In this document: piece by piece, positions 35,323-43,477 of the stretch
Numbering within the stretch: position 1 is the stretch's first letter
How the letters are laid out: each line of letters begins with the position of its first letter
Program-made: the position numbers and the translations under genes
Assembly: GCA_964521195.1 (NCBI GenBank)
Contig: CAZFRE010000002.1
Coordinates: 192,930-256,929 of the forward strand
Reading direction: 5' to 3'
Length of the DNA stretch: 64,000 nt
DNA from: an uncultured Eubacteriales bacterium
GTDB lineage: Bacteria; Actinomycetota; Coriobacteriia; Anaerosomatales; JAAXUF01
Notes under the pieces: generated by a model
The model's input: only the letters and a program-made list of their open reading frames with translations
What the model was told of the DNA's origin: nothing
The model's database searches: none

Positions 35323-37575
35323 TCAGTGGTCGGTGCTCGCGTTCGCGGCGAGGGCAAGCATCAGCGCAGGTGTTGCGCCCGCGAACAGCATGAGCGCCGG
35401 CATCACGATGCCCGAGTCCTCGGTCGCCCACGCGGCGAGACCGCCGACGATGACGCCGAGAAGCGCTGCTGAGTACGCCGGCGCGAGCTGGATCGCTCGC
35501 GCGAACGGGCGGCTCGGCGCGAACCGCAGCACCGCGAGCGCGGCCGCCATCGCTATCGCGAGACCGGTGTAGGGCGTGTACGGCAGGTAGCCGACGTTGT
35601 TGCGCCACTTGCGGTTCACTAGCTCGAGAGTCGCCGTCACGTCTCCGCGTAGGACACCGTCGGCGAACCGCGAGAGATGACTTCCGCCGTTGCCCCCGAC
35701 GAGCAGGTCGATCGCCGAGAACACAACGACTGCGACCACGACGCCCAGCAGCGTGAGTCCTGCTGTGCGCCAGCTGAGCCGCATCCCGTTCATCGCCGCC
35801 CACGCCACGCCGAATGCGACCACGCCCCACACGGCCACACCCGCGTTCGCGCCCGCGAACGGCGCTGCCGAGACGATCACCACGAGCGCCCCGATCGCCA
35901 GGATCCCGTAGCGGCGCAGCGCGAGCGCCGCGCGGGGCCGCGCGGCGAGCGCATCGACTGCGAGCGAGACCGCCGCGATCGAAGCCGCGACCAGAATGGC
36001 GGCGCCCTCGTTGCCCATGCCGTAGTAGCGCCAGCCGGCAGCGACCGAGTAGGAGAAGATCCCGGACTCGAGCGGGTTGCCCGTGAGCTGATCGGCGACG
36101 ATGACGAGCGAGGCAAGGCCGGCCAGGAAGAGCGGAGCCAGCAGCATGCCGCGGGGCGCGAGGCGCCGGATGGCGAGGGCGGCGATGGCGACCAGCGCGG
36201 TGGCGCACACGAACGCGAACGCGGCGGATCCAGTGGTCAGCGGCTGGCGCCCCGCGAGGAACATGAGCCAGCCGGCCGGCATCGCGGAGTACGCAAGGAC
36301 GAGCGGCACCTCGGCGACCGGCGAGAGCCAACGGGCCGGGCGAAGCGACACGAGCGAGGCGAGCAGCACGCCCACGATCGCGAGGTAGCAGAAGCCGCGC
36401 AGCACCCATCCGTCGCGCAGTCGGTCGACGACGGCGGGCGATGCCGCGGCGCGCGACAGTCGCTCGATGCGCTCCTCGAGCGTGCCGGCGACGGGAGTGG
36501 CCGCGAGTGGCCGCCCGAGCATCTCGGCGGGTGCGGTGGCGCCGAGCGACGCGAGCACGGTCGGCGCGATGTCGAGGTTGACGGCGAGTCCCGGCCGCCG
36601 CGTCGACGCCGAGACGATCTCGCCGGCCCACTCGGGTCCCCAGATGACGAGCGGGCCGAACGCGGGCTCCTGGTTCGGGCTCTTCTCGGTCGCCGGGGTC
36701 ACCAGTATCACGTCGGTGTCGGGTGTGCCGAGCCCGCCGGGTGCGAGCGCGGCACCCACGGCGGCGTCGAGGGAGCGCAAGGCTGCCGCGTGGGCGGACG
36801 CCTTGGCTGCCGGCGTCGCCGTCAGGTCGTGCGCGCGGGCGAGGTCGCCGGTGTCGACGACGATGACCTGCGGGTTCATCGCGTCGAGCGCTGTCGCACG
36901 AGCGATCGCATCGGCGAGTGAGCGCGGGTCGGTGCGCAGTCCGAACGGCGCCTGCGGGTCGGCCGCCAGCACCTCGGTGTAGCTCGCATCGAGCGTCCCG
37001 CTCGCGTCGGCGGCGAGCAGCTCGGCGTAGCGCAGCCGGCCCGCCGGGCTCGCGGTGTCGGTGTCGGAGGCGCCGACGGCGATCGTACGCCACCCGAGTC
37101 CGCGCGCCCGCATGCCGAGGAGCCCGAGCGTCGGCCTCGACAGCGAACCCTCGTTCACCTCGCGCATGCGCGCGAGCGATGCGGCGTCGATCGGTCCGCC
37201 TTCGACGCCCACGACCCACCGGCTCGCCGAAAGCGTGCCCGCACCGCCCGCGTACGTCGGCGCACCCCAGTCGGCGGTGCGCGCATTCATGTTGCCGAGC
37301 GCCGCATCGCCGAGCGCGGCCCAGATCGCCGGGGTCTTCTCGGCGGAGAGGTCGCTCCAGGTGAGGTAGGGCGCGAGCACGACGATGACGCGGTGGCGGT
37401 TCGGGACCGTGGCGCGGCCGGTGGCGACGGTCTCGCTCGCGCGGGCCGGCGTCGCCGGGCCGATCAGCCCCGCGAGCGTGAGGGCGAGCGCGCACGCGAA
37501 CACCGGGGCGAGCGACAGGGCGCGCATCGGATGCGGGCGGCTCGGACGGCCGACGCTGTGGTGCGAGAGGATCAC
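35323..37575 (-). CDS. Large membrane protein: N-terminal secreted alkaline-phosphatase-superfamily-like domain (degenerate) plus about 12 C-terminal TM helices
   Basis: 750 aa. GTG 37575 overlaps the upstream stop (GTGA). An alternative ATG at 37527 gives the signal peptide MRALSLAPVFACALALTLAG. VIVVLAPYLTWSDLSAEKTPAIWAAL resembles the phosphodiesterase/sulfatase N-terminal strand. The TM domain contains WRYYGMGNE. Confidence 0.55.
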   Translation of the reverse strand: MILSHHSVGRPSRPHPMRALSLAPVFACALALTLAGLIGPATPARASETVATGRATVPNRHRVIVVLAPYLTWSDLSAEKTPAIWAALGDAALGNMNARTADWGAPTYAGGAGTLSASRWVVGVEGGPIDAASLARMREVNEGSLSRPTLGLLGMRARGLGWRTIAVGASDTDTASPAGRLRYAELLAADASGTLDASYTEVLAADPQAPFGLRTDPRSLADAIARATALDAMNPQVIVVDTGDLARAHDLTATPAAKASAHAAALRSLDAAVGAALAPGGLGTPDTDVILVTPATEKSPNQEPAFGPLVIWGPEWAGEIVSASTRRPGLAVNLDIAPTVLASLGATAPAEMLGRPLAATPVAGTLEERIERLSRAAASPAVVDRLRDGWVLRGFCYLAIVGVLLASLVSLRPARWLSPVAEVPLVLAYSAMPAGWLMFLAGRQPLTTGSAAFAFVCATALVAIAALAIRRLAPRGMLLAPLFLAGLASLVIVADQLTGNPLESGIFSYSVAAGWRYYGMGNEGAAILVAASIAAVSLAVDALAARPRAALALRRYGILAIGALVVIVSAAPFAGANAGVAVWGVVAFGVAWAAMNGMRLSWRTAGLTLLGVVVAVVVFSAIDLLVGGNGGSHLSRFADGVLRGDVTATLELVNRKWRNNVGYLPYTPYTGLAIAMAAALAVLRFAPSRPFARAIQLAPAYSAALLGVIVGGLAAWATEDSGIVMPALMLFAGATPALMLALAANASTDH

Positions 37576-37949
37576 GCGAAGGCCGTGGTCGCCAGTTCCA
37601 GAATCGCCTCTCGGACGGACACCGATCCGAGCCAGAACTCGAGAGCCGAGGGCTCGATGTGCTCGGCGATGTCGTCGAGCAGCTGAAACGTCGCGATGTG
37701 CACCGCGCCGTCCTCGTCCTCGGCAAGGGCGTCGGAGATGATCTGCACGAACTCGGCCGCCTCCGGGTCGTCCTCGAAGTTCTCGAGCAGGACCTCGCGA
37801 AGGACCACAGCGGAGGCGGTGACGTACTCGCCGGACGTCGGCGAGTCGGCATCGGAGCAGTCATGCTCGTACGAGGCCATGATCAGGCCCATGAGATCCG
37901 CGAGAGGGCCGGAGAAACTGACGTTGTCGCCGTCGCTTTGCCAAGGCAT
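37572..37949 (-). CDS. Small acidic cytoplasmic protein, unknown function
   Basis: 125 aa, very Asp/Glu rich and predicted helical. It is translationally coupled to the large membrane protein gene. Confidence 0.45.
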   Translation of the reverse strand: MPWQSDGDNVSFSGPLADLMGLIMASYEHDCSDADSPTSGEYVTASAVVLREVLLENFEDDPEAAEFVQIISDALAEDEDGAVHIATFQLLDDIAEHIEPSALEFWLGSVSVREAILELATTAFA

Positions 37950-38104
37950 GTCCGTGAGGTCCTCTCTGTCACTGTCCCGGATCGGCGCTGCTCCTCACAT
38001 CGCCGGAATCACTCTAGCACCCGGCGCACTTCGGGCGGGCGGTCCCTCTCGGCGGGCGTGATACCGTATCGCAGTGAACCAGCGCCGCGCTCGAAGGGGA
38101 CACC

Positions 38105-39028
38105 GTGTCTCGGACCACTCGCATACTGCTCCTCGCACTGCCGATCGTGCTGACCGTGGGAGTCCTCGGCTACGCGGTCGCATCGGTGATCCGGGTCCAG
38201 AGTGGCGCGGTCCCCGGGGGGCCTGCGCTCGAGCCTGCCACGCCGCCCAGCACCGCCGCGGCGACCACGTCACCGCCCGTGGTCGCCGAGACGCTCGAGC
38301 CGACCGGCGGGCGGCCGAAGCGCGGGACGATCGTGTTCGACATGTCGCACGCCGAGGTGTTCGGACCCCAGGACACCACCGAGCTCGGCCAGTCCAAGGC
38401 TGTACAACGCATGCGGGCCGCCGGCTATGCCGTGCAGGTCAACACCGAGAAGTTCACCAAGGACACCCTCGGCCCGGATGTGGCCGCCGTGTTCCTCCCG
38501 GGCCCGATGATGCCGCTGATGGAGAAGGAGCGTACGTTGCTCGACGACTTCGTCCGCCGTGGCGGCACGATGATCATCACGGTGCACGTGCCGTTTCCGA
38601 TCCTCGGCACCCCCGCACGCTATGGCCTGCCCGTGGGAACCAGCGTCATGATCGATCCGACGCTGACCGGCGACCCGGGCGTGTGGGCGACGACTGAGAT
38701 CAAAGACGATCCGCTCACCAAGGGCGTGCGGGCGCTGAGCGTCGTGTCCGGCTGGGCCGTCTCGCAGTCGCCGTCCGAGATCGCCGATCCGCGCATCGTC
38801 GTCGAGGCACCTGCCGGAGTGGTGGTCGATGGCAACAACGACAACCGCTTCAATGCCGACGATCCGCAGCCGCCGTATGGCGTGGTAGGGGTCGCCGACA
38901 TCGGCTCGGGCCGGGTCGTGGTCATGGGCGACGATGCCATCTTCGCCAACATCGTCATCGATGCGAACGACAACGCGAAGTTCCTCGACAACCTGCTCGA
39001 ACTCATCTCGGCGCCAAAGCCTGCCTGA
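38105..39028 (+). CDS. DUF4350 / GldG-like (ABC-associated, class I glutamine-amidotransferase-like fold) exported protein
   Basis: GTG 38105 follows GAAGGGGA. N-terminal TM, Pro/Thr linker, then IVFDMSHAE...AVFLPGP...FVRRGGTMIIT...VVVMGDDAIF, typical of DUF4350. Confidence 0.55.
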   Translation: MSRTTRILLLALPIVLTVGVLGYAVASVIRVQSGAVPGGPALEPATPPSTAAATTSPPVVAETLEPTGGRPKRGTIVFDMSHAEVFGPQDTTELGQSKAVQRMRAAGYAVQVNTEKFTKDTLGPDVAAVFLPGPMMPLMEKERTLLDDFVRRGGTMIITVHVPFPILGTPARYGLPVGTSVMIDPTLTGDPGVWATTEIKDDPLTKGVRALSVVSGWAVSQSPSEIADPRIVVEAPAGVVVDGNNDNRFNADDPQPPYGVVGVADIGSGRVVVMGDDAIFANIVIDANDNAKFLDNLLELISAPKPA

Positions 39029-39088
39029 TTCCAGGTTTCCGTGGGCGCCTGATGCGGGAACGAACACACACGAGAGAGGGTGGTGGAC

Positions 39089-39478
39089 ATGATCACTCGT
39101 GATGAGATGCTCGCCCGCAAGGATGAATGGCTCGCCCGCAAGGACGAACTCACGCAAGGCTTCGTGGATCGCATCGACGATCCCGCGGTGGACGCGGCTA
39201 TCGGCCTGTCGCTCGTGGGCGCAGGCCTCGGTACCGTCATCGTGAACCTGATCCGCGGCAACCGCAGCGCCTGGGCCTACCTGCTCCCGGCGGTGTTCAT
39301 TCTCGGCGGTATCGCCGTGATCACCGGCGGGGCGGTCAGCAGGCGCTCCGATCGCATAACGACTGCCGAGGAGGCCGTGAGGGAACAGCTCGCGAGTCTC
39401 GACCCGATCGCGCGCGCCCAGGTTCTGAGGGGTGCAGCGAGCGAGTCGTTCGCGCCGCTGTTCCATCGAGTCAACTAG
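39089..39478 (+). CDS. Small 2-TM membrane protein, unknown function
   Basis: ATG 39089 follows GAGAGGGTGG; the listed ORF starts at GTG 39080. Two hydrophobic helices. The N-terminus contains a 7-codon tandem duplication (LARKDEW/LARKDEL). Confidence 0.45.
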   Translation: MITRDEMLARKDEWLARKDELTQGFVDRIDDPAVDAAIGLSLVGAGLGTVIVNLIRGNRSAWAYLLPAVFILGGIAVITGGAVSRRSDRITTAEEAVREQLASLDPIARAQVLRGAASESFAPLFHRVN

Positions 39479-39487
39479 CGGGCGCCA

Positions 39488-40042
39488 GTGACAGCGACGT
39501 GGGAGACCGAGCGGCTCTATCTGCGTGACCTCGGTCCCGAGTACGCCGCCGCCGTGCGCGCATACGGGCTTCGCAGCCTCGAATACCACATGCCGTGGGA
39601 CCCGGTTCGTCCGGTCGACTTCTGGGAGCTCCCGGTCGTCGCGGCACGGTTACGAGTGCAATCCGACGATGCGCGCGCAGGCGGATCGCTGTGCCTGTGC
39701 CTCTCGCCCAAGGACGATCCCGAGCGGGTCGTGGGCGTCGTGAACCTGCGCAACATCATCCGCGGCGCGATGCTCTCGGCACACCTCGGCTACGGGCTCG
39801 AGCCGCAGGCCGTGGGGAAGGGCTACATGACCGAGGCGGTGCGCCGCGTGGTCGACGTCGCCTTCTTCGATCTGGCGCTGCATCGCGTCGAGTGCAACAT
39901 CATGCCGGGCAACGCCCGCTCACTCGCGGTCGCTGAGCGCGTCGGCTTCCAGCGCGAGGGTTTCTCGCCGCGCTTCCTGCGCATCAACGGCCGCTGGGAG
40001 GACCACGTCCGCTTCGCGCTGCTCAACGAGGCGATGCGATGA
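39488..40042 (+). CDS. GNAT-family N-acetyltransferase (RimJ/RimL-like)
   Basis: 184 aa with a GTG start. WETERLYLRDL at the N-terminus, the acetyl-CoA loop QAVGKGYMTEAVR, and HRVECNIMPGNARSLAVAERVGFQREG. Confidence 0.8.
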   Translation: MTATWETERLYLRDLGPEYAAAVRAYGLRSLEYHMPWDPVRPVDFWELPVVAARLRVQSDDARAGGSLCLCLSPKDDPERVVGVVNLRNIIRGAMLSAHLGYGLEPQAVGKGYMTEAVRRVVDVAFFDLALHRVECNIMPGNARSLAVAERVGFQREGFSPRFLRINGRWEDHVRFALLNEAMR

Positions 40043-40845
40043 CGGGACCGCTCGAGACTGCGAGTCCGCGTCGTGCGCTGCTGGAACTCACCGGTGCCGT
40101 GGTGATGCGCGACGGCAGGGCGATCCTTACCGTGGACCGCTTCCGTATCGCCGAGGGCGAGCGTCTCGTGGTGCTCGGCCCCAACGGGGCGGGCAAGTCG
40201 ACGCTCATCAAGCTGCTCACCAAAGAAGTGCTGCCGTTGTGGGCGGACCCGCCGCCGGTGCGCTTCTTCGGCGAGCCCAGGTACGAGCTGCGGGAGGCGC
40301 GCAAGCTGCTCGGGGTCGTCTCGGCGACCGCGCAGGACGAGGCCGGCGTGGTGCTGAGCGCGCATGAGGTGGTGCTCGGCGGGTTCTTCGGCGCACTCGG
40401 GGTGCCTCGGCACGTCGAGGTGACGTCGCAGCAGGAGGAAGCGGCGCTCGCCGCGCTCGCGGAACTCGAGGTCGCGCATCTGGCGGAGCGCACGATGACG
40501 ACGCTGTCGACAGGGGAAGCGCGGCGGGTGCTCTTCGCGCGTGCGCTCGTGCACGACCCGGCGGTGCTCGTGCTTGACGAGCCGTGCGCGGGGCTCGACC
40601 CGCATGCGGCGTATCACGTGCGGCGGGCGCTGCGCACGCTCGCGGCCGGCGGACGCTCGCTCGTGTTCGTGACGCACCACGTCGAAGACATCGTGCCCGA
40701 GATAGATCGGGCCGTGCTGCTGAAGGACGGGCGCATCGTCGCAGACGGGCCCAAGCGAGGACTCATGACCGCGGAGACGCTCGGCGAGCTGTTCGATATC
40801 CCGGTACGAGTCGAAGAGCGGGAGGGCGAGTACCGGTTGTGGTGA
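40039..40845 (+). CDS. Stand-alone ABC ATPase (ModF-like), no adjacent permease
   Basis: The ATG overlaps the GNAT stop (ATGA). Walker A GPNGAGKST, signature LSTGEARR, Walker B LVLDEPCAGLD, H-loop THH. Confidence 0.8.
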   Translation: MTGPLETASPRRALLELTGAVVMRDGRAILTVDRFRIAEGERLVVLGPNGAGKSTLIKLLTKEVLPLWADPPPVRFFGEPRYELREARKLLGVVSATAQDEAGVVLSAHEVVLGGFFGALGVPRHVEVTSQQEEAALAALAELEVAHLAERTMTTLSTGEARRVLFARALVHDPAVLVLDEPCAGLDPHAAYHVRRALRTLAAGGRSLVFVTHHVEDIVPEIDRAVLLKDGRIVADGPKRGLMTAETLGELFDIPVRVEEREGEYRLW

Positions 40846-40953
40846 CCCACCGCAGCACGGTGACGAGCCCGTGTACTAGACTCGAAGCATGCGTTGAGGC
40901 ACGGCGGTTGCGGGGGCACTACAGCCGGGCAGTCCGATCGAGGAGGAGCACGC

Positions 40954-42561
40954 GTGTTCAAGAGACTCACGAGAGCGGCTGTTGCACTGGCGCTCGTGTC
41001 GGCGTTCGTCATGCCGGCAAGCGCACTGGCGAGCGGGGCGAGCAAGGACGTGGGGTACGCCGCTCGTGGCCGCGTCGGTTCGCTCGGTGAGCGCACCATG
41101 GCACACAGGCCGACAACGAGCACGCGGGCGCTCTCGGCCTTCTCGCTCGCGGTGGATCCTGACGCCTACGAGGTCGATGACGACATCCCGCAGGCGATCT
41201 CCGATGCCCAGCTGCCGCTCGTGCAGTCGCGCACCATCAACATCGCCCATTACGACGATCCCTACGACGTCGACTGGGACTACTACCGGCTGACCGGCAC
41301 GGCTGGGACGCTCTACACCTTCGAGACGACGGGCACCACGGACACCGTCATCGAACTGTGGGACGCCGACACGGGTGAGATGCTCGGCTGGGAGGACGAC
41401 AAGTCCGACGGCAGCCTCGGCTCGAAGGGCTACTGGCGCTGCCGCACGGCCGGACAGCGGGTAGACGTGTGGATCGGCCCGGCGAATCCCGATGCCATCG
41501 GCGAGTACACCATGAGCATCACCGGTGCGGCGTCTTCGAGCCGAGCGGGCGATGTCTTCCGCGCCTACGGGGCCGACAAGTACGACGCGGCCGTCAACAT
41601 CGCGCACAGTGCCTACAGCGATGTTGACGGAGACCCGTGGAACTACTACGTCGGGGACACCACGAAGGCCGTCTCGCGCGTGATCGTCGTGCCGAGCGGA
41701 TCGGCCGGGTACTTGGCCGCGATGATCGCCGCGCCTCTCGGCCGGGTGTTCGACGCGCCGATCCTCCTCACGGGCAAGTACACGCTGCCCTTCGCGACCA
41801 AGAGCGCCATCAATGACATCCGCGACAACAATGGAGGCTCGGTCAAGATCTACCTGATCGGATCGAAGAGCTGGATCTCGAGCTCGGTGTATTACAAGCT
41901 CAAGGCACTCCGAGGCTCAGGCACGATCGAGCGGGTGGCCGGCTCGGATCGCTACGGCACCGCCGCGCTCGTCGCCGACAAGGTCGACACGATGTGGGTC
42001 GGGAACATGGGCCAGCATCCCGGCAGCGTCATCGTCGCGAATGGTTCGAGTTCGAGCGCTCTGACCGACTTGCTGGCTGCCAGCGGCATCGCCTACGGCA
42101 GAGGCTGGCCCGTCCTGTTGACCAAGGCGGGGAGCGTACCGTCCTCGACGTACAGCCGCGTCAGGAAGGGCAAGTTCAAGAGCTCGCGCGTCATCGTCCC
42201 GAACAGTCGCACGTACGTGTACTCCTCCACGTACAAGTCGCTCAGCGGTGACCTGAGGCTCTCGAGCCACAGCGACCGCGCGGCCTCGGCACTCGATATC
42301 GCTCGCAGGTCGGTCTCCTACTACTGGACGCATCACGACGATATCGTCGTGGTCAATCGCGTCTCGGAGGCCCTGCCGGTAGCCACCTACGCCGGGTACT
42401 ACGGAGCCCCCATCCTGGTCTCGGGTACGTCGGGTCCCGGCGCTTCCACGACCAGCTACATCACCGCTCGGCCGAGCATGATCGACTACGTCTCGGTCGT
42501 CGGCTCGCCTGAGGGCATCACGGACGGGGCGATCACGGTCTACGAGGGCCTGCTGCCCTGA
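40954..42561 (+). CDS. Secreted protein: pre-peptidase C-terminal (PPC)-like domain plus three cell-wall-binding repeat 2 (CWB2) modules
   Basis: GTG 40954 follows GAGGAGGAG. Signal peptide. DVDWDYYRLTGTAGTLYTFET... resembles PPC. There are three CWB2-type starts (YGADKYDAAVNIA, AGSDRYGTAALVA, SHSDRAASALDIA). Confidence 0.7.
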   Translation: MFKRLTRAAVALALVSAFVMPASALASGASKDVGYAARGRVGSLGERTMAHRPTTSTRALSAFSLAVDPDAYEVDDDIPQAISDAQLPLVQSRTINIAHYDDPYDVDWDYYRLTGTAGTLYTFETTGTTDTVIELWDADTGEMLGWEDDKSDGSLGSKGYWRCRTAGQRVDVWIGPANPDAIGEYTMSITGAASSSRAGDVFRAYGADKYDAAVNIAHSAYSDVDGDPWNYYVGDTTKAVSRVIVVPSGSAGYLAAMIAAPLGRVFDAPILLTGKYTLPFATKSAINDIRDNNGGSVKIYLIGSKSWISSSVYYKLKALRGSGTIERVAGSDRYGTAALVADKVDTMWVGNMGQHPGSVIVANGSSSSALTDLLAASGIAYGRGWPVLLTKAGSVPSSTYSRVRKGKFKSSRVIVPNSRTYVYSSTYKSLSGDLRLSSHSDRAASALDIARRSVSYYWTHHDDIVVVNRVSEALPVATYAGYYGAPILVSGTSGPGASTTSYITARPSMIDYVSVVGSPEGITDGAITVYEGLLP

Positions 42562-42736
42562 CCCCGAGCAGTTCAACGTTGGGGCGCGCATCCTGATCGC
42601 GGGTGCGCGCCCCGAGTCGTTCCGGCTGCATTCCCGGATTGGACTTGGGCGCGTGTCGGCACATACTGAGAGGTGGCCCCCCGGTCATGCCGGGGGTGGC
42701 GTCCGGGCCCGCAATGGCGAGAGGCGAAGAGCACGC

Positions 42737-43477
42737 ATGGCGATCGTTGAAGTCCAGGGACTCACGAAGGTCTACGGCACCGGCGAGACCGCTGTCACCG
42801 CGCTTGACAACGTCGACCTCACGGTCGAGGCGGGCGAGTTCGTCGCGATCATGGGGCCGAGCGGATGTGGTAAGTCGACGCTGCTCAACCTGGTCGGCGG
42901 TCTCGACAAGCCGACGAGCGGGGTCGTGCGGATCGGCGGAGACGACATCGCCGAGATGGACGACGCGACCGTCACGAAGATGCGCCGCCGCCGGTTGGGC
43001 TTCGTCTTCCAGTTCTTCAACCTGATTCCGGTGCTCGATGCCGCCGAGAACGCCGCGCTGCCTCTCACCCTCGACGGCGTGCCGGCTGCACAAGCCAAGC
43101 AGCAGGCGCAGGAGTGGCTCGTGAAGGTGGGGCTCGAGGCCCGACTGCACAACCGTCCGGACCAGCTGTCCGGCGGGCAGCAGCAGCGCGTCGCCGTCGC
43201 ACGCGCTCTCGTGACGGACCCGGATCTCATCCTGGCCGATGAGCCGACCGGCAACCTCGATTCGAAGTCCGGCGACGAGATCGCCGATCTGCTCAAGCTC
43301 GCATCCGCCGAGTGGAACCGCGCGGTCGTGATGGTCACGCACGATGTCCGCATCGCGGCGCACGCCGGGCGGATCGTGTTCATGCGGGACGGTCGGATCG
43401 TCGAAGACGTCGCGGTCCCCGCCGAGAACAGCGCCGAGGCGGCCCGCGTCGCGATGGAGCGGGCCGGCCTGCTGTGA
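42737..43477 (+). CDS. ABC transporter ATP-binding protein (MacB/LolD/FtsE-like)
   Basis: ATG 42737 ([14 protein letters not shown]). [36 protein letters not shown]. Confidence 0.9.
   Translation: MAIVEVQGLTKVYGTGETAVTALDNVDLTVEAGEFVAIMGPSGCGKSTLLNLVGGLDKPTSGVVRIGGDDIAEMDDATVTKMRRRRLGFVFQFFNLIPVLDAAENAALPLTLDGVPAAQAKQQAQEWLVKVGLEARLHNRPDQLSGGQQQRVAVARALVTDPDLILADEPTGNLDSKSGDEIADLLKLASAEWNRAVVMVTHDVRIAAHAGRIVFMRDGRIVEDVAVPAENSAEAARVAMERAGLL

Noticed and set aside
39110-39148. 21-nt tandem duplication (CTCGCCCGCAAGGATGAATGG / CTCGCCCGCAAGGACGAACTC) as a repeat element
   Set aside because: It is in frame and simply duplicates seven codons (LARKDEW/LARKDEL) in a small membrane protein, so it is probably a trivial slippage duplication.
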